Below are positions 30,113 through 40,312 of a DNA stretch of 64,000 nucleotides, in pieces; position 1 is the stretch's first letter; each line of letters starts with the position of its first letter. This DNA comes from an uncultured Candidatus Saccharibacteria bacterium. GTDB taxonomy: Bacteria > Patescibacteriota > Minisyncoccia > Phycocordibacterales > UBA1006. The stretch lies in the NCBI GenBank assembly GCA_964507625.1, contig CAZDPR010000002.1:368-64367 (forward strand), read 5' to 3'. The position numbers were made by a program, and so were the translations under genes. The notes beneath the pieces are model-generated. The model saw nothing but the letters and a program-made list of their open reading frames with translations, was not told the origin of the DNA and made no database searches.

Positions 30113-31534
30113 TTATTTATCAATTTTTTTCATTATAATCTGAAGCTCGTCTAACTGTTTTTGGTCTACTGGAACTGGTGATTCCATCATTAAATCTTTC
30201 CCTTCTCCTGTTTTTGGGAATGGAATTACCTCACGAATATTAGGTTCGTTTTGTAACAACATCATAAGGCGATCAAACCCCCAGGCAATACCTCCATGCG
30301 GTGGTGTTCCATATGAAAATGCCTGGAGCATGTGACCAAAGTTTTTTTCTACGACTTCTGAATCATATCCCATAATTTCAAATACCTTACGAAGCGCATC
30401 AGGTTTGTGATTACGAATACTCCCCCCTCCAATTTCATACCCATTGAGCGCAATATCATATTGAGTAGTTAAAATTTCTCCAATGCGTTCTTTTTTCATA
30501 AGCCATTCCATATGTTCTGGTTGTGGTGCAGAAAATGGGTTATGGGTGAATGTCCACTCACCTTTTGTATCAGGATTATCAGATGTGCTCGTTGCTTCAA
30601 AAAACGGGAAATCAATCACCCAACAAAACGCGAGGAGATTTGGATCATTTTTATCCTCTCGTAAATCTGGTCGATCGTTTCCATATTGTTCCATGGCGTC
30701 TTTGTATGAAATTCTCGGGAACGGAATTTGTTGGATTCTTTTTTCTGGATAGAGTTCAGTAACAATTTTTATCAACAATTCCTCGTTCAGTTGCATTACC
30801 GCTTCACGATCCACAAAACTCATTTCCATATCGATTTGAGTAAATTCTGGCTGTCGATCACCCCGTGAATCTTCGTCGCGTAAACATTTTGCAATTTGAA
30901 AATATCGTTCAATTCCTGCAGTCATTAATAATTGTTTATACTGCTGTGGTGATTGTGGTAATGCATAAAAACTTCCCGGATATAATCGTGCTGGTACAAT
31001 AAAATCTCGCGCACCTTCTGGAGTTGATTTGGTGAGGAGTGGCGTTTCTACTTCAATGAACCCTTGATCATCTAAATAATCACGAACCATTTTTGCAACA
31101 CGATGTCGCATACGAATATTTTTCTGTACTCGATCACTACGTAAATCAACATATTTATATTTCAAGCGAACTTCCTCGGAAATTCCTTTGGTATCATCAC
31201 TGATTTCAAATGGTAATGTTTCTGATGCGTTCAAAATTTCCATTTCCAAAATTTCAAGTTCAATAGTTCCGTTTTGTTTTTCTGGTTGCTGATTACGTTC
31301 TGGTCGTTGATTTACCTTTCCTTTTACCATCACTACGTATTCGGTACGAATTTCTTTTGCAATTTCAATGGCACTACTCCCTGGGAGTACTACCCCTTGT
31401 ACATACCCTGTCCGATCACGAAAATCAAAAAACACCATTTTACCCTGGTCACGTCGTACGGATACCCAACTATTGATAATTACTTCTTGGTCAATATGAT
31501 TCGTTAAATCATTAATGAAAATTCTGTTATGCAT
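30113..31534 (-). CDS. aspS: Aspartate--tRNA ligase (compact form without GAD insertion; possibly non-discriminating)
   Basis: OB-fold FFDFRDRTG, QSPQQYKQLLM, class-II motif 2/3 (GGGSIR, GIAWGFDRLMMLL); about 470 aa. Confidence 0.85.
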   Translation of the reverse strand: MHNRIFINDLTNHIDQEVIINSWVSVRRDQGKMVFFDFRDRTGYVQGVVLPGSSAIEIAKEIRTEYVVMVKGKVNQRPERNQQPEKQNGTIELEILEMEILNASETLPFEISDDTKGISEEVRLKYKYVDLRSDRVQKNIRMRHRVAKMVRDYLDDQGFIEVETPLLTKSTPEGARDFIVPARLYPGSFYALPQSPQQYKQLLMTAGIERYFQIAKCLRDEDSRGDRQPEFTQIDMEMSFVDREAVMQLNEELLIKIVTELYPEKRIQQIPFPRISYKDAMEQYGNDRPDLREDKNDPNLLAFCWVIDFPFFEATSTSDNPDTKGEWTFTHNPFSAPQPEHMEWLMKKERIGEILTTQYDIALNGYEIGGGSIRNHKPDALRKVFEIMGYDSEVVEKNFGHMLQAFSYGTPPHGGIAWGFDRLMMLLQNEPNIREVIPFPKTGEGKDLMMESPVPVDQKQLDELQIIMKKIDK

Positions 31535-31718
31535 ATGAAATAGCATAGCAAAAATAAGGTTTTTTAGGTACTTGACAAAACATATTAAATATGCTAACAT
31601 GTATACATAGATGATGAAAATCATCGCTGTTCTTTTAAAACGCTTCTCATAGTAGTGGTTTGGTGAATTAAGTAATTTTTCTTGATTAAAGATTGTTTAA
31701 TTCACTAAATCCAATATC

Positions 31719-32408
31719 ATGAAAGCATTTTTTTTATTCTTGGACACGTATTCTGTAAACATCTTTGACGGAGTAAAAACCAGAGATGGTCACAAGGGCC
31801 GCTATATTCAGTTGCCGGAAATTACTGGTGTCCCTGTGAACAAGTTCCGGGTTCCATTGGATTTCAAAAATCCAGCCAAAGTAGATGGAAAAGGACGGAT
31901 TCATAATCTTTTCCTGAAAATCTACGGCGGGCAGCGCTTCAGGGACGCTGGGTTTGTTACTGCATGCGCACCGTCGAAAGACAATGGTGCCATTGTGGTA
32001 ATAACCAGCAAACGCTGGACCGAGCTTGGTTTGGAAATTGTTACCGGGAGACCAAACGGAGAATTCCCCGGAGTTCAGATTCTGAACGAAGGAGATACCT
32101 TAAGGTTCACTCACTCTGACATTGCCTACCAACTGACCAACAGTGGGGGTGAGCCGTGGCTGACTAAGGCACCCAGACCGAAGGCTGCGCCTGCTGCGAA
32201 GCAAGCAAAGCCTGAGAAACCGGTAGCGAGAGTTGATCACCGCCAAAAGGTCGAAGGACCGAAGGTGGTTGACAAAATCAACCTGCCGGAAAAAAAGGCT
32301 AAACCCCCGGTAACCCAAACTGAAAAGTTTGATAAAAAAAACGGAGGTTATACCCTAAAAGAAGTCCTCGAGGCTTCTGGGGTTAATCTCCCTGCTGAGG
32401 AAAAATAG
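31719..32408 (+). CDS. Hypothetical protein, GC-rich relative to its surroundings, with Lys/Pro/Ala-rich linker and C-terminal Rho_N/SAP-like helix-hairpin
   Basis: Clear ORF with distinct base composition; C-terminal GGYTLKEVLEASGVNLP resembles Rho_N/SAP DNA/RNA-binding motifs; N-terminal domain not recognised. Confidence 0.35.
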   Translation: MKAFFLFLDTYSVNIFDGVKTRDGHKGRYIQLPEITGVPVNKFRVPLDFKNPAKVDGKGRIHNLFLKIYGGQRFRDAGFVTACAPSKDNGAIVVITSKRWTELGLEIVTGRPNGEFPGVQILNEGDTLRFTHSDIAYQLTNSGGEPWLTKAPRPKAAPAAKQAKPEKPVARVDHRQKVEGPKVVDKINLPEKKAKPPVTQTEKFDKKNGGYTLKEVLEASGVNLPAEEK

Positions 32409-32415
32409 CCGAATA

Positions 32416-32448
32416 CCCCCCTCGTCGTGATGACGCGGGGGATTTTTT
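32416..32448 (+). terminator. Strong Rho-independent terminator
   Basis: CCCCCTCGTC-gtgat-GACGCGGGGG stem followed by ATTTTTTATTT. Confidence 0.65.
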
Positions 32449-32502
32449 ATTTCCAAATTATTCACTAACAAAAAAACCCAAGGTATATCCCTGGGTTTTG
32501 TT

Positions 32503-34311
32503 TCATTTATACCCTTCTGCTTGTAACTTGAAGAGTTCTGCATATTTACCATTTTTCTCCATCAATTCATCATGACTCCCCTCTTCAATAATTTGTCCAT
32601 GCTCGATGAGAATAATTTTATCAGCACTTCGCACATTACTGAATTTATGTGAAATAATAATCCGTGTTTTTTCTTGATAATAATCTCGCAAGTTTTTGAA
32701 AATGGTATCTTCTGATAACGCATCTATTGCAGCGGTTGGTTCGTCTAAAATCATAAGTGGTGCATTACGATAAAAAACTCGAGCTAATGCTAATTTTTGT
32801 TTTTGCCCTTTTGATAGTTCTACGCCACCACGAAACTCAGTTCCAATTTTTTGTTCATATTTTTCTGGCAATTCCTGAATAAAAATATCTGCAGTGGAAT
32901 GCCTTGCTGATTGTCGTGCAATTTCGATATCATGTCTATGGGTATCACCCAGCATAATATTTTCTGCAATCGTTTCTTCCTCATAAACAAAATAATCTTG
33001 GAAAAGAATACCCATACAACGTTTCCATGATTTGAGGTCATATTTTTTTAAATCAATACCATTTAATAAAATCTTACCTTTTGTTGGATCATACACACGA
33101 ATGAGTAATTTTAGAAAAGTCGTTTTCCCGGCACCATTCAATCCAACAATTGCGAGATTTTCACCTTTCATAATTGTAAGTGAAAAATTTTTAATAATTA
33201 TTTTTTCTGGTTGTGATGGATAGAAAAATGATACATTCTTAAACTCAAGAGAATAAAAATCTTCTGGCTGAATAGTTTTTTTACCAGAAACAATCAATGG
33301 CTCCATTTCAATAAGATCAAGTAAGGTATCGATATTTTTCTTGTATTCTGCCATTTTCCCAAAATTTGAAAATAATTGGTTTAATGAACTTTGAAATTGT
33401 GATACTAAACCAAAAGTGAATACTAATGAACCAACAGCAAAAACTCCTAAAGTAACATTTTGTATTAAAATAAAAAAAGCAACTGCATAAGAAACCATTA
33501 AAATAATTTCTGAAGAAATAGTTAGTAATGCCTTTGTTTGGTAGCTTCGTTTTAAAATAAGATGCAAACTGGTAATAATTTCTAAAAATTTTCTCTGAAA
33601 AATTTTTACCAATGAAAAATTTTTCAATTCAATAATCGGATTTTTATGACTAATTACTCCAGCTTTTACTCGCCACATTCTCCATTGTTCTGAATTATCT
33701 TTTTGAATTTTTGCTGTTATCAAGGCACTTTTTCGTTCTAAAAAATAAGTCGGAATCACTCCAAGAAAAATAATAAATGCAATAAAAGGTGCTATTGCAA
33801 ACAAAGCAATAAGTGCAATAACCACCCGAGTAACCATTCGTGTAGTATTAGAAAAAACTCCTAATAAACTGTAAAATGAATTCCAGGATCGATTATAAGC
33901 AATTTCACGAATATTTTGAAATTCAGGTTGTTCGATAGTTCCAATGTCTAGTTCATCTATTTTTTTAAAGAAAATAGATTGGAGATATCGAGAAATATCA
34001 TCAGTTTGAATATTCCAAACATAATTATGAATTGTATCAATAATACTTGGACCAAACTGAGTAATGATGAGTAATATAAATCCTTGTAATAAAACCGTAA
34101 AACGAGCACCCTCAATTCCATATAGAGCAAACTCGTTTACAATAATCCCAAAAGCACCGAATTGTGCGATTACAAAAATAGAACTTATAATCGCAGTTAT
34201 ATATCGTAATGCAGAATATTTCGGAGATGCCCTTAATGATTCTTTAAACGCAAAAAAGATTGTGGTCCATAAACCTCGTTCTTTTTCAATAATGTTGGGT
34301 AGTTTTGCCAT
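32503..34311 (-). CDS. ABC exporter, fused permease/ATPase (MsbA-like type I exporter)
   Basis: Six N-terminal TM helices; Walker A GLNGAGKTT, signature LSKGQKQKLALAR, Walker B MILDEPTAAID. Confidence 0.8.
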   Translation of the reverse strand: MAKLPNIIEKERGLWTTIFFAFKESLRASPKYSALRYITAIISSIFVIAQFGAFGIIVNEFALYGIEGARFTVLLQGFILLIITQFGPSIIDTIHNYVWNIQTDDISRYLQSIFFKKIDELDIGTIEQPEFQNIREIAYNRSWNSFYSLLGVFSNTTRMVTRVVIALIALFAIAPFIAFIIFLGVIPTYFLERKSALITAKIQKDNSEQWRMWRVKAGVISHKNPIIELKNFSLVKIFQRKFLEIITSLHLILKRSYQTKALLTISSEIILMVSYAVAFFILIQNVTLGVFAVGSLVFTFGLVSQFQSSLNQLFSNFGKMAEYKKNIDTLLDLIEMEPLIVSGKKTIQPEDFYSLEFKNVSFFYPSQPEKIIIKNFSLTIMKGENLAIVGLNGAGKTTFLKLLIRVYDPTKGKILLNGIDLKKYDLKSWKRCMGILFQDYFVYEEETIAENIMLGDTHRHDIEIARQSARHSTADIFIQELPEKYEQKIGTEFRGGVELSKGQKQKLALARVFYRNAPLMILDEPTAAIDALSEDTIFKNLRDYYQEKTRIIISHKFSNVRSADKIILIEHGQIIEEGSHDELMEKNGKYAELFKLQAEGYK

Positions 34312-34338
34312 AGAGATATAATACTTGTTATGTTTTAA

Positions 34339-36051
34339 TTAATCAATAAACAACCGCGCTAACTTAATCGCATCAAAACTGTCATCAAATCCTTGTTTAT
34401 CTAAATATCGTTTTATTGGCGTCAATTTCACTTCATGCACTGATTGATTTGATTCCCGCATTGCTTCAAACGCTTCACGAACTCGACTCAATAAATCTTT
34501 ATCAATTGACTGTGTTACCTGTGGAAATTTAAAAATTAGTTTTCCTTCATCTTTACATTTTTGTAAATGATCAATAATTGTCCCTATATTGAGATTGCGT
34601 TCTTTTTTTATTTCATAAAGCGTTTTACCTTCTTGGAGCAAATCAAAGGTAATTTCATGTGTTTTTCTGGTGATTACCGTATCTTTTACAATCTTCTTTT
34701 TTTTATGGAGTGACCCACCAGAATTGATTATGTATGCATCATGACGGTCTTGTAACTCTTTTTCAGAAAGTGCTTTTAATTTTTCTACAAATTGATCTGA
34801 ATAATCTCGTAATTTTTTATCAAGTGTCAAAATCCGTGGATCTACCATTAACGCAGATTCCTGAAAACCAATCAAATATAAGCCTTCTAAAGTCCGAACC
34901 CGAGAAAGTGCTACATACCCCATTCCATAAGCAAAAGTTTGCGATAAATCAATTACCGCAGCATCCAAACTCATTCCCTGACTTTTATGTACCGTAATTG
35001 CCCACGCATGTCGCAATGGTATTTGATTAATTGATGCGAGAATTTTTCCATCGTCTTCTACTGCCCACGTTTCTGGTTGTACAGTAATTTTATCTCCACT
35101 GGTTGTGGTTACTATAGGAAATCCATCATCAGAAAAATCAGTCACTCGTCCCCGAGTACCATTTACATACCCTAATTCAAAATTATTTTTAACAAACATT
35201 ACCTCAGCACCTATTTTCAGTGACAATTTTTCTGGGGCTAAGCAACTTTTTTTGAGTGTCATTACCAAATTCTCTTTCCCTTTACTGGTCATCGTATATA
35301 TTTCAGGTTCCTCATAAATATCATTTAATGCTTGTTCATTCAGTGCGTCTACTTTTTGATTGTGGGTAAATAATTTTGTGTAGTACTGAAAACTATCAAA
35401 ATCGTATTCACAAATACGCGATTCCAATAAATGAATATGATGTTTTTTAACTTCACCAGAACGAATCGCATTTAATACTTCAGTAAAATCTCCTGATTCC
35501 TGACGATGCTGTTCAGTCACATAACATACCACTAACGACATACTGTTCCAAGACTCTGAATCGATAACCATATCATTCCATCCCGTTTGAGTAATTGGTG
35601 GTAATTGAAATAAATCCCCACACAAAATAACCTGAATTCCTCCAAAGGGTTGTGTGTTTCTTTTCATTGCCTGACAGAGTCTATTTAACGAATCGAGAAA
35701 AGTACCCGAAAGCATAGAAATTTCATCAATCACCAATACTTTTACTTTTTGGTATCGATCCCAGAGATATTTTTTTTCTTGTAATTGATCGATGTCCCAT
35801 TCACTCAATTTTTCCTTGATTCCCATTCCGGACCATGCATGAATCGTCATTCCGCCAATATGTGTTGCCGCAATCCCAGTGGACGCAGTGACTGCAATAG
35901 AAACATCATGTTCCTGGAAATGCCGAATACATTGATTGAGTACGTATGTTTTCCCCGCGCCAGCACCACCGGTTAAAAATATGTTTTTACCCATTTTTAT
36001 AATAGCGACCGCCTCTGCTTGTGTCATATGAGCATAGTGTATCATATCCAT
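34339..36051 (-). CDS. PIF1/RecD-like SF1 helicase with C-terminal helix-turn-helix repeats
   Basis: Walker A TGGAGAGKTY, VIDEISML (motif II), CGDLFQLPPI, SF1 motifs, and a C-terminal HTH_40-like region. Confidence 0.7.
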   Translation of the reverse strand: MDMIHYAHMTQAEAVAIIKMGKNIFLTGGAGAGKTYVLNQCIRHFQEHDVSIAVTASTGIAATHIGGMTIHAWSGMGIKEKLSEWDIDQLQEKKYLWDRYQKVKVLVIDEISMLSGTFLDSLNRLCQAMKRNTQPFGGIQVILCGDLFQLPPITQTGWNDMVIDSESWNSMSLVVCYVTEQHRQESGDFTEVLNAIRSGEVKKHHIHLLESRICEYDFDSFQYYTKLFTHNQKVDALNEQALNDIYEEPEIYTMTSKGKENLVMTLKKSCLAPEKLSLKIGAEVMFVKNNFELGYVNGTRGRVTDFSDDGFPIVTTTSGDKITVQPETWAVEDDGKILASINQIPLRHAWAITVHKSQGMSLDAAVIDLSQTFAYGMGYVALSRVRTLEGLYLIGFQESALMVDPRILTLDKKLRDYSDQFVEKLKALSEKELQDRHDAYIINSGGSLHKKKKIVKDTVITRKTHEITFDLLQEGKTLYEIKKERNLNIGTIIDHLQKCKDEGKLIFKFPQVTQSIDKDLLSRVREAFEAMRESNQSVHEVKLTPIKRYLDKQGFDDSFDAIKLARLFID

Positions 36052-36079
36052 GAAAATAAGGCAGTTTATGATTATAAAT

Positions 36080-36104
36080 AAAAAAGTACTTTATAAGTAC
36101 TTTT
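36080..36104. terminator. Palindromic terminator
   Basis: AAAAGTACTT-TATA-AAGTACTTTT. Confidence 0.45.
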
Positions 36105-36137
36105 TTATTTATAATTTAAATGGCTTTAAAAAAGATT

Positions 36138-36467
36138 TTAATTATCACACGGTCTTATGTATTCCCAAACATCACCTTTTTTATTGTACCACCACAAATT
36201 ACAAGAATAGGACCATTCACCAGATGCACTAATGGTAGCTTTTGTAAACACCCTCCTAATTTCCCAACCCTTTCTTGCAGTAATTCCGTAATCAACTGGT
36301 TTGACTACCGTAGAAACAGATTGATCCTGACTTGTTGATACTGGTGACAATCCTTCAATATTAACTTCTTTAATCGAAGCCTGTTGATTGTTTACTGAAC
36401 CAAACATAATAACACCGATAATTACAATGATAGCTAAACCAATAAAAATCAAATATTTTTTATTCAT
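36138..36467 (-). CDS. Small secreted hypothetical protein
   Basis: 109 aa, signal-anchor, Trp/Cys-containing C-terminal region. Confidence 0.3.
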   Translation of the reverse strand: MNKKYLIFIGLAIIVIIGVIMFGSVNNQQASIKEVNIEGLSPVSTSQDQSVSTVVKPVDYGITARKGWEIRRVFTKATISASGEWSYSCNLWWYNKKGDVWEYIRPCDN

Positions 36468-36599
36468 AAGAAAAAATAAATTAAATAATAATATTTTTTG
36501 AATATACCAATATTAGTATATCACTTTTTTGTTTTATACCAAATAAATATAACACTTCCTACTCTTGCAAATTATTAGAATATATAGTATTATAAAATT

Positions 36600-37472
36600 A
36601 TGAAATTATCCACTCCTCGAAAAAAAACTAAAAAAATGCAGGGCCCAACAAAGTTTATTAAAAACACCTCAAAACGAAAATTACCTAAAAACCAAGTACA
36701 CACCAATAGTAGAAAAACCTCAATACCAAAAATTACTAAGCAAGTAACCAAAAAAAAGACAATAAAAGTATTCCCTAGTACACTCCTGCAGGATCAGGAA
36801 CGACTCGAACGATATATAGCGCATCATAATATCGCATCACGAAGAGAAGCAAAAAAATTCATTAAGGGAGGACTAGTTTCTGTAAACGGAACTATTATCC
36901 GTGAACCAGGATTCGGTGTGAGCAGTACAGATAAAATAACCATTCACCACTCGGTACATTCAAATAAAGAAACTGTTTTACTCTACAAACCTCGTGGAAT
37001 TGAAACTGTAAAAACCGACCCGAAAAATATTGATATTCATGATCGATTTCCTGAATTCAAACACCTCAATCCTATAGGACGATTAGACAAAGATACTGAA
37101 GGGCTTATTTTACTTTCTAATGATGGTGTACTTGCAAAAATGTTTACCGGTGAAAATTCTTCTATCGAAAAAGAATATCAGGTAACTGTTCGCGAAGATG
37201 TTTTTCCGGTACTCCTCAAAAAAATGGAGGATGGGATTATTATTGATAAGATTCGCACTAAGCCATGTAGAACTAAAAAAATCAGTAGTCACGAATATAC
37301 CATTACGCTTACCGAAGGGCGTAAGCATCAGGTACGAAGAATGGCAAACGCTTGTAATCTTACTATTACTAAACTTGTCCGAATACGGATTAATGATTTT
37401 AAAATAGGAAAAATGACCGCTGGAAATTATAAAAGACTCACCCCTGATCAGATTGAAAAATTAAAAGATTAA
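36600..37472 (+). CDS. rluB: Pseudouridine synthase, RsuA/RluB family, with Lys-rich N-terminal extension
   Basis: S4 domain (ERLERYIAHHNIASRREAKKFIKGGLVSVNG) and catalytic GRLDKDTEGLILLSNDG. Confidence 0.75.
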   Translation: MKLSTPRKKTKKMQGPTKFIKNTSKRKLPKNQVHTNSRKTSIPKITKQVTKKKTIKVFPSTLLQDQERLERYIAHHNIASRREAKKFIKGGLVSVNGTIIREPGFGVSSTDKITIHHSVHSNKETVLLYKPRGIETVKTDPKNIDIHDRFPEFKHLNPIGRLDKDTEGLILLSNDGVLAKMFTGENSSIEKEYQVTVREDVFPVLLKKMEDGIIIDKIRTKPCRTKKISSHEYTITLTEGRKHQVRRMANACNLTITKLVRIRINDFKIGKMTAGNYKRLTPDQIEKLKD

Positions 37473-37474
37473 AC

Positions 37475-37495
37475 CGCCTCATGGGCGGTTTTTTG
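37475..37495. terminator. Bidirectional terminator
   Basis: CCGCC-tcatg-GGCGG followed by TTTTTTG. Confidence 0.6.
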
Positions 37496-37723
37496 TTATT
37501 TTTGACTTGTTGTATGCCAAAGATTGCAAAGGGGGCACTTGTAGGCTTTTTGTAACCTTTTTTGTTTGTCATTGTGATTTTTTCTTCTCTTTCGGGAAAA
37601 TTCACCTATTTTTCTATTAAATACCTTTACTTGCTTTAACCTGTTTACAACTGTCTGTGCTTCTTTTTTTGTTAGATAACTAATTTTAAAGCACGTTTTT
37701 TCTTTACACTCTACCATAACCAT
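37496..37723 (-). CDS. Small basic zinc-ribbon protein (hypothetical)
   Basis: 75 aa, CxxxxC ... CPLC cysteine pairs, Lys/Arg-rich. Confidence 0.25.
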   Translation of the reverse strand: MVMVECKEKTCFKISYLTKKEAQTVVNRLKQVKVFNRKIGEFSRKRRKNHNDKQKRLQKAYKCPLCNLWHTTSQK

Positions 37724-38025
37724 ATTACAATTTTTTTATTTTCATTCTATCAAATTTTTATAAAAAAGTAAATAAAAAAAATTATTTAGTTTTTAATCTT
37801 ACTTCTGTTACAAGTTGTTTTTCAGTGAGAAACATCGCTTCTCGTGCAACTTTTATAACAGGATCCATATCTCTCCATTCGCAATATGTTTCAAAAGATG
37901 GACTAACTCCTAAATGTTTACAATAATCTTCCCATTCTTTTCTGAGTTCTTCTTCTGTTAATTAATTGATTGGTTGGTTTCATTTTTTTGCTTTTGATAT
38001 AGTTTACTCGATTTTTTCTAAAAAG

Positions 38026-38048
38026 TAAAATACCCCTTCCAGGGTATT
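38026..38048 (-). terminator. Terminator downstream of trpS
   Basis: ATACCC-cttccag-GGTAT stem with a minus-strand T run. Confidence 0.45.
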
Positions 38049-39002
38049 TTACAATCCAATTTTTTGTCGTACTAATTGTATTTTTGCAATTGCTTTTGAT
38101 CGAGCTTTTGCCGCACCTTGTTCGAGAATTTCTGCAACGATTTCTGGGTGTGATGCATAATATGCACGCCGTTCACGCATGGGTGCGAGAAAATCTAAAA
38201 TATCTGCGAGTAATGATTCTTTCAGATCTTTGTATTTACCTTTTTTCTCAGGATATAATTCTTGTAATTCTTGTTCTGGTCGGAACAATTTATGAATAGC
38301 ATACACATTTTCTGGTACATCACCGACTGAATCAGTTACGATACTCATCACGGCTTTTTTAATTTCTTCATCAGTTCCAAAGAGCGGAATAGTATTATTA
38401 TATGATTTTGACATTTTTTGCCCGTCAGTTCCCGGTACTATGGCAACATCCTTGATAATCATTTCCTGAGGTTCAATAAAAACACCTTCTCCGTATTGTC
38501 CATGGAATTTCCGAACGACTTCACGCGCAATTTCTACATGCTGTGCTTGATCTTGCCCTACAGGTACAACATCAGCATCATACATCACAATATCTGCTGC
38601 CATAAGTAACGGGTAATTAAATGTCCCAACAGAAATATCTTTATTTTTTGCTTCGGCATCTTTGAATGCATGCGCACGCATTAACTGTGGCATCGTAGTA
38701 ATACATGAAAAAATCCAAGCCAGCTCTGTAACTTGTGGGACGTCTTGTTGTCGCCAGAATGTTACTGATTTTGGATCAAGTCCAATACCTAACAAGTCAA
38801 GAATTAAATCTTGTTCCAGTTGTTGTAATTCTGCAGGGGTTTTTACTCCGCCAGTAAGTGCGTGGTAGGTAGGAATAAAAATATGCGTATCGTAATCATA
38901 CTGCAAATCTACCCATTGTTTTAAAGCTCCAAAATAATTCCCAATATGTGCTTTCCCTGTTGGTTTAATCCCTGAAAGGAGTACTTTTTTACCAGATTTC
39001 AT
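38049..39002 (-). CDS. trpS: Tryptophan--tRNA ligase
   Basis: KVLLSGIKPTGKAHIGNY (HIGH region) and KMSKS (QKMSKSY). Confidence 0.85.
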   Translation of the reverse strand: MKSGKKVLLSGIKPTGKAHIGNYFGALKQWVDLQYDYDTHIFIPTYHALTGGVKTPAELQQLEQDLILDLLGIGLDPKSVTFWRQQDVPQVTELAWIFSCITTMPQLMRAHAFKDAEAKNKDISVGTFNYPLLMAADIVMYDADVVPVGQDQAQHVEIAREVVRKFHGQYGEGVFIEPQEMIIKDVAIVPGTDGQKMSKSYNNTIPLFGTDEEIKKAVMSIVTDSVGDVPENVYAIHKLFRPEQELQELYPEKKGKYKDLKESLLADILDFLAPMRERRAYYASHPEIVAEILEQGAAKARSKAIAKIQLVRQKIGL

Positions 39003-39049
39003 ATAGTTCTATAGTATCAGGTTATTAAACTTTTGTCATTAAATAAAAA

Positions 39050-39068
39050 AGAGCGGTTGCTCTGTTTT
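39050..39068. terminator. Terminator downstream of the TrmH-family gene
   Basis: AGAGC-ggtt-GCTCT stem flanked by A/T runs. Confidence 0.5.
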
Positions 39069-39830
39069 TTATTTCCTATCAGATCTTTGTCGCAGTACTT
39101 CATAACTCACAATTCCAGCGGTTACTGACGCGTTCAACGATTCAACATCATGTACCATTGGAATTTGTACTACCGTATCACAATGTTCCAATGTTTTTTG
39201 TCGAACACCCGAACCTTCATTCCCCACCACAATTGCTACATGAGTATCGAAATTATATTTCCATAATGGAATTGATTCTCGCCCAGTCTGGTCATGTGAC
39301 GATAATCCTACAATCCAAAAACGAGATTTTTTTAATAACTCTACGCACTGATTAATATTTCCAACCTGAATAATAGGAATTTTCCCAACAGTCCCAGCTG
39401 ATGTTTTAAACACTGCACTGGTTACCGGAGCTTGATTTAATTCTGCAACAATAATTGCATCAATTCCCATACCCGTAGCCGATCGAATCATGGCACCAAT
39501 ATTTGATACATCCAGAATATGATCCAAAATTAAAATAGTATGTAATTTTTCATCAGTAACCGTAGCCAGATAATCAGTGAGCGAATCATATTCAAATGGT
39601 TTTGAAAGTGCTAACACCCCTTGGTGACTGACATCGCCTACCCATGCCTTGATTTGTTTTTCACTAGCAGAACTGACCGGAATTCCTGCACGTTGCGCTA
39701 AAATACGTATTTCATCAAATCCTGCCTGTTTTCCTGTTTCCTTAATATAAATTCGTTTCAATGATTCCGGTCGAGTTCGTAACGTTTCGGCAATAGGATG
39801 CTTTCCGTAGATATAAAAGTCTTTTGTCAT
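39069..39830 (-). CDS. rlmB: SpoU/TrmH-family RNA 2'-O-methyltransferase (RlmB-like)
   Basis: N-terminal L30e-like substrate domain plus SPOUT motifs (VVGNEGSGV, LNASVTAGIV). Confidence 0.75.
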   Translation of the reverse strand: MTKDFYIYGKHPIAETLRTRPESLKRIYIKETGKQAGFDEIRILAQRAGIPVSSASEKQIKAWVGDVSHQGVLALSKPFEYDSLTDYLATVTDEKLHTILILDHILDVSNIGAMIRSATGMGIDAIIVAELNQAPVTSAVFKTSAGTVGKIPIIQVGNINQCVELLKKSRFWIVGLSSHDQTGRESIPLWKYNFDTHVAIVVGNEGSGVRQKTLEHCDTVVQIPMVHDVESLNASVTAGIVSYEVLRQRSDRK

Positions 39831-39924
39831 AAAAAAACTATATCACAATTTTTATGTTTTGTACAGAAAACAGAACTACCTATGATATTCATTTTTTTAT
39901 AAAAATATGTATAATAACGATTAT

Positions 39925-39998
39925 TGCCAGATCGTCTAATGGTAGGACTTTGGTTTCTGGTACCAAGTATCTAGGTTCGAATCCTAGTCTGGCAGCCA
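39925..39998 (+). tRNA. tRNA-Gln (anticodon CTG), CCA encoded
   Basis: Manual cloverleaf: acceptor TGCCAGA/TCTGGCA (U1-A72), discriminator G73, anticodon stem TTGGT/ACCAA with loop TTCTGGT, T arm CTAGG-TTCGAAT-CCTAG, 3' CCA. Confidence 0.7.
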
Positions 39999-40104
39999 AC
40001 ATGAGCTAGCTCAAAGATAATTAGTTTGAAGACAGAAAACACTTTCTATTTCGAAGGTGCTTTTTGTTGTTTTATATTACAACAAACTATGATATAATCT
40101 TTTT

Positions 40105-40311
40105 ATGAAAGATGATGCCAAAAAGTTGGGAGAAAATCTCAAAAAACTTAGGGTTAAAAAAGATATTAGCCAAATAGAACTCGCTCGTATGTTGAGCGTT
40201 GATCGATCTTTTGTGAGTAATATCGAGAATGGAAAAAATAATCCAACTCTTTCAACCATTACTAGCTTAGCCAAAGTTTTGGACGTTTCGACTAATGAAC
40301 TTTTGAAATAA
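40105..40311 (+). CDS. XRE-family helix-turn-helix transcriptional regulator (possible controller protein)
   Basis: 68 aa; ISQIELARMLSVDRSFVSNIENGKNNPTLSTITSLAKVLDVS; TATAAT-like -10 just upstream; stop 1 nt before the mod start. Confidence 0.7.
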   Translation: MKDDAKKLGENLKKLRVKKDISQIELARMLSVDRSFVSNIENGKNNPTLSTITSLAKVLDVSTNELLK

Positions 40312-40312
40312 T

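Noticed and set aside
37724-38048. Possible small minus-strand gene (MKPTNQLINRRRTQKRMGRLL... then frame change to ...EELRKEWEDYCKHLGVSPSFETYCEWRDMDPVIKVAREAMFLTEKQLVTEVRLKTK)
   Set aside because: Two short, frame-incompatible pieces, neither recognisable. It could be a frameshifted relic, but the evidence is too weak to call a gene or pseudogene.
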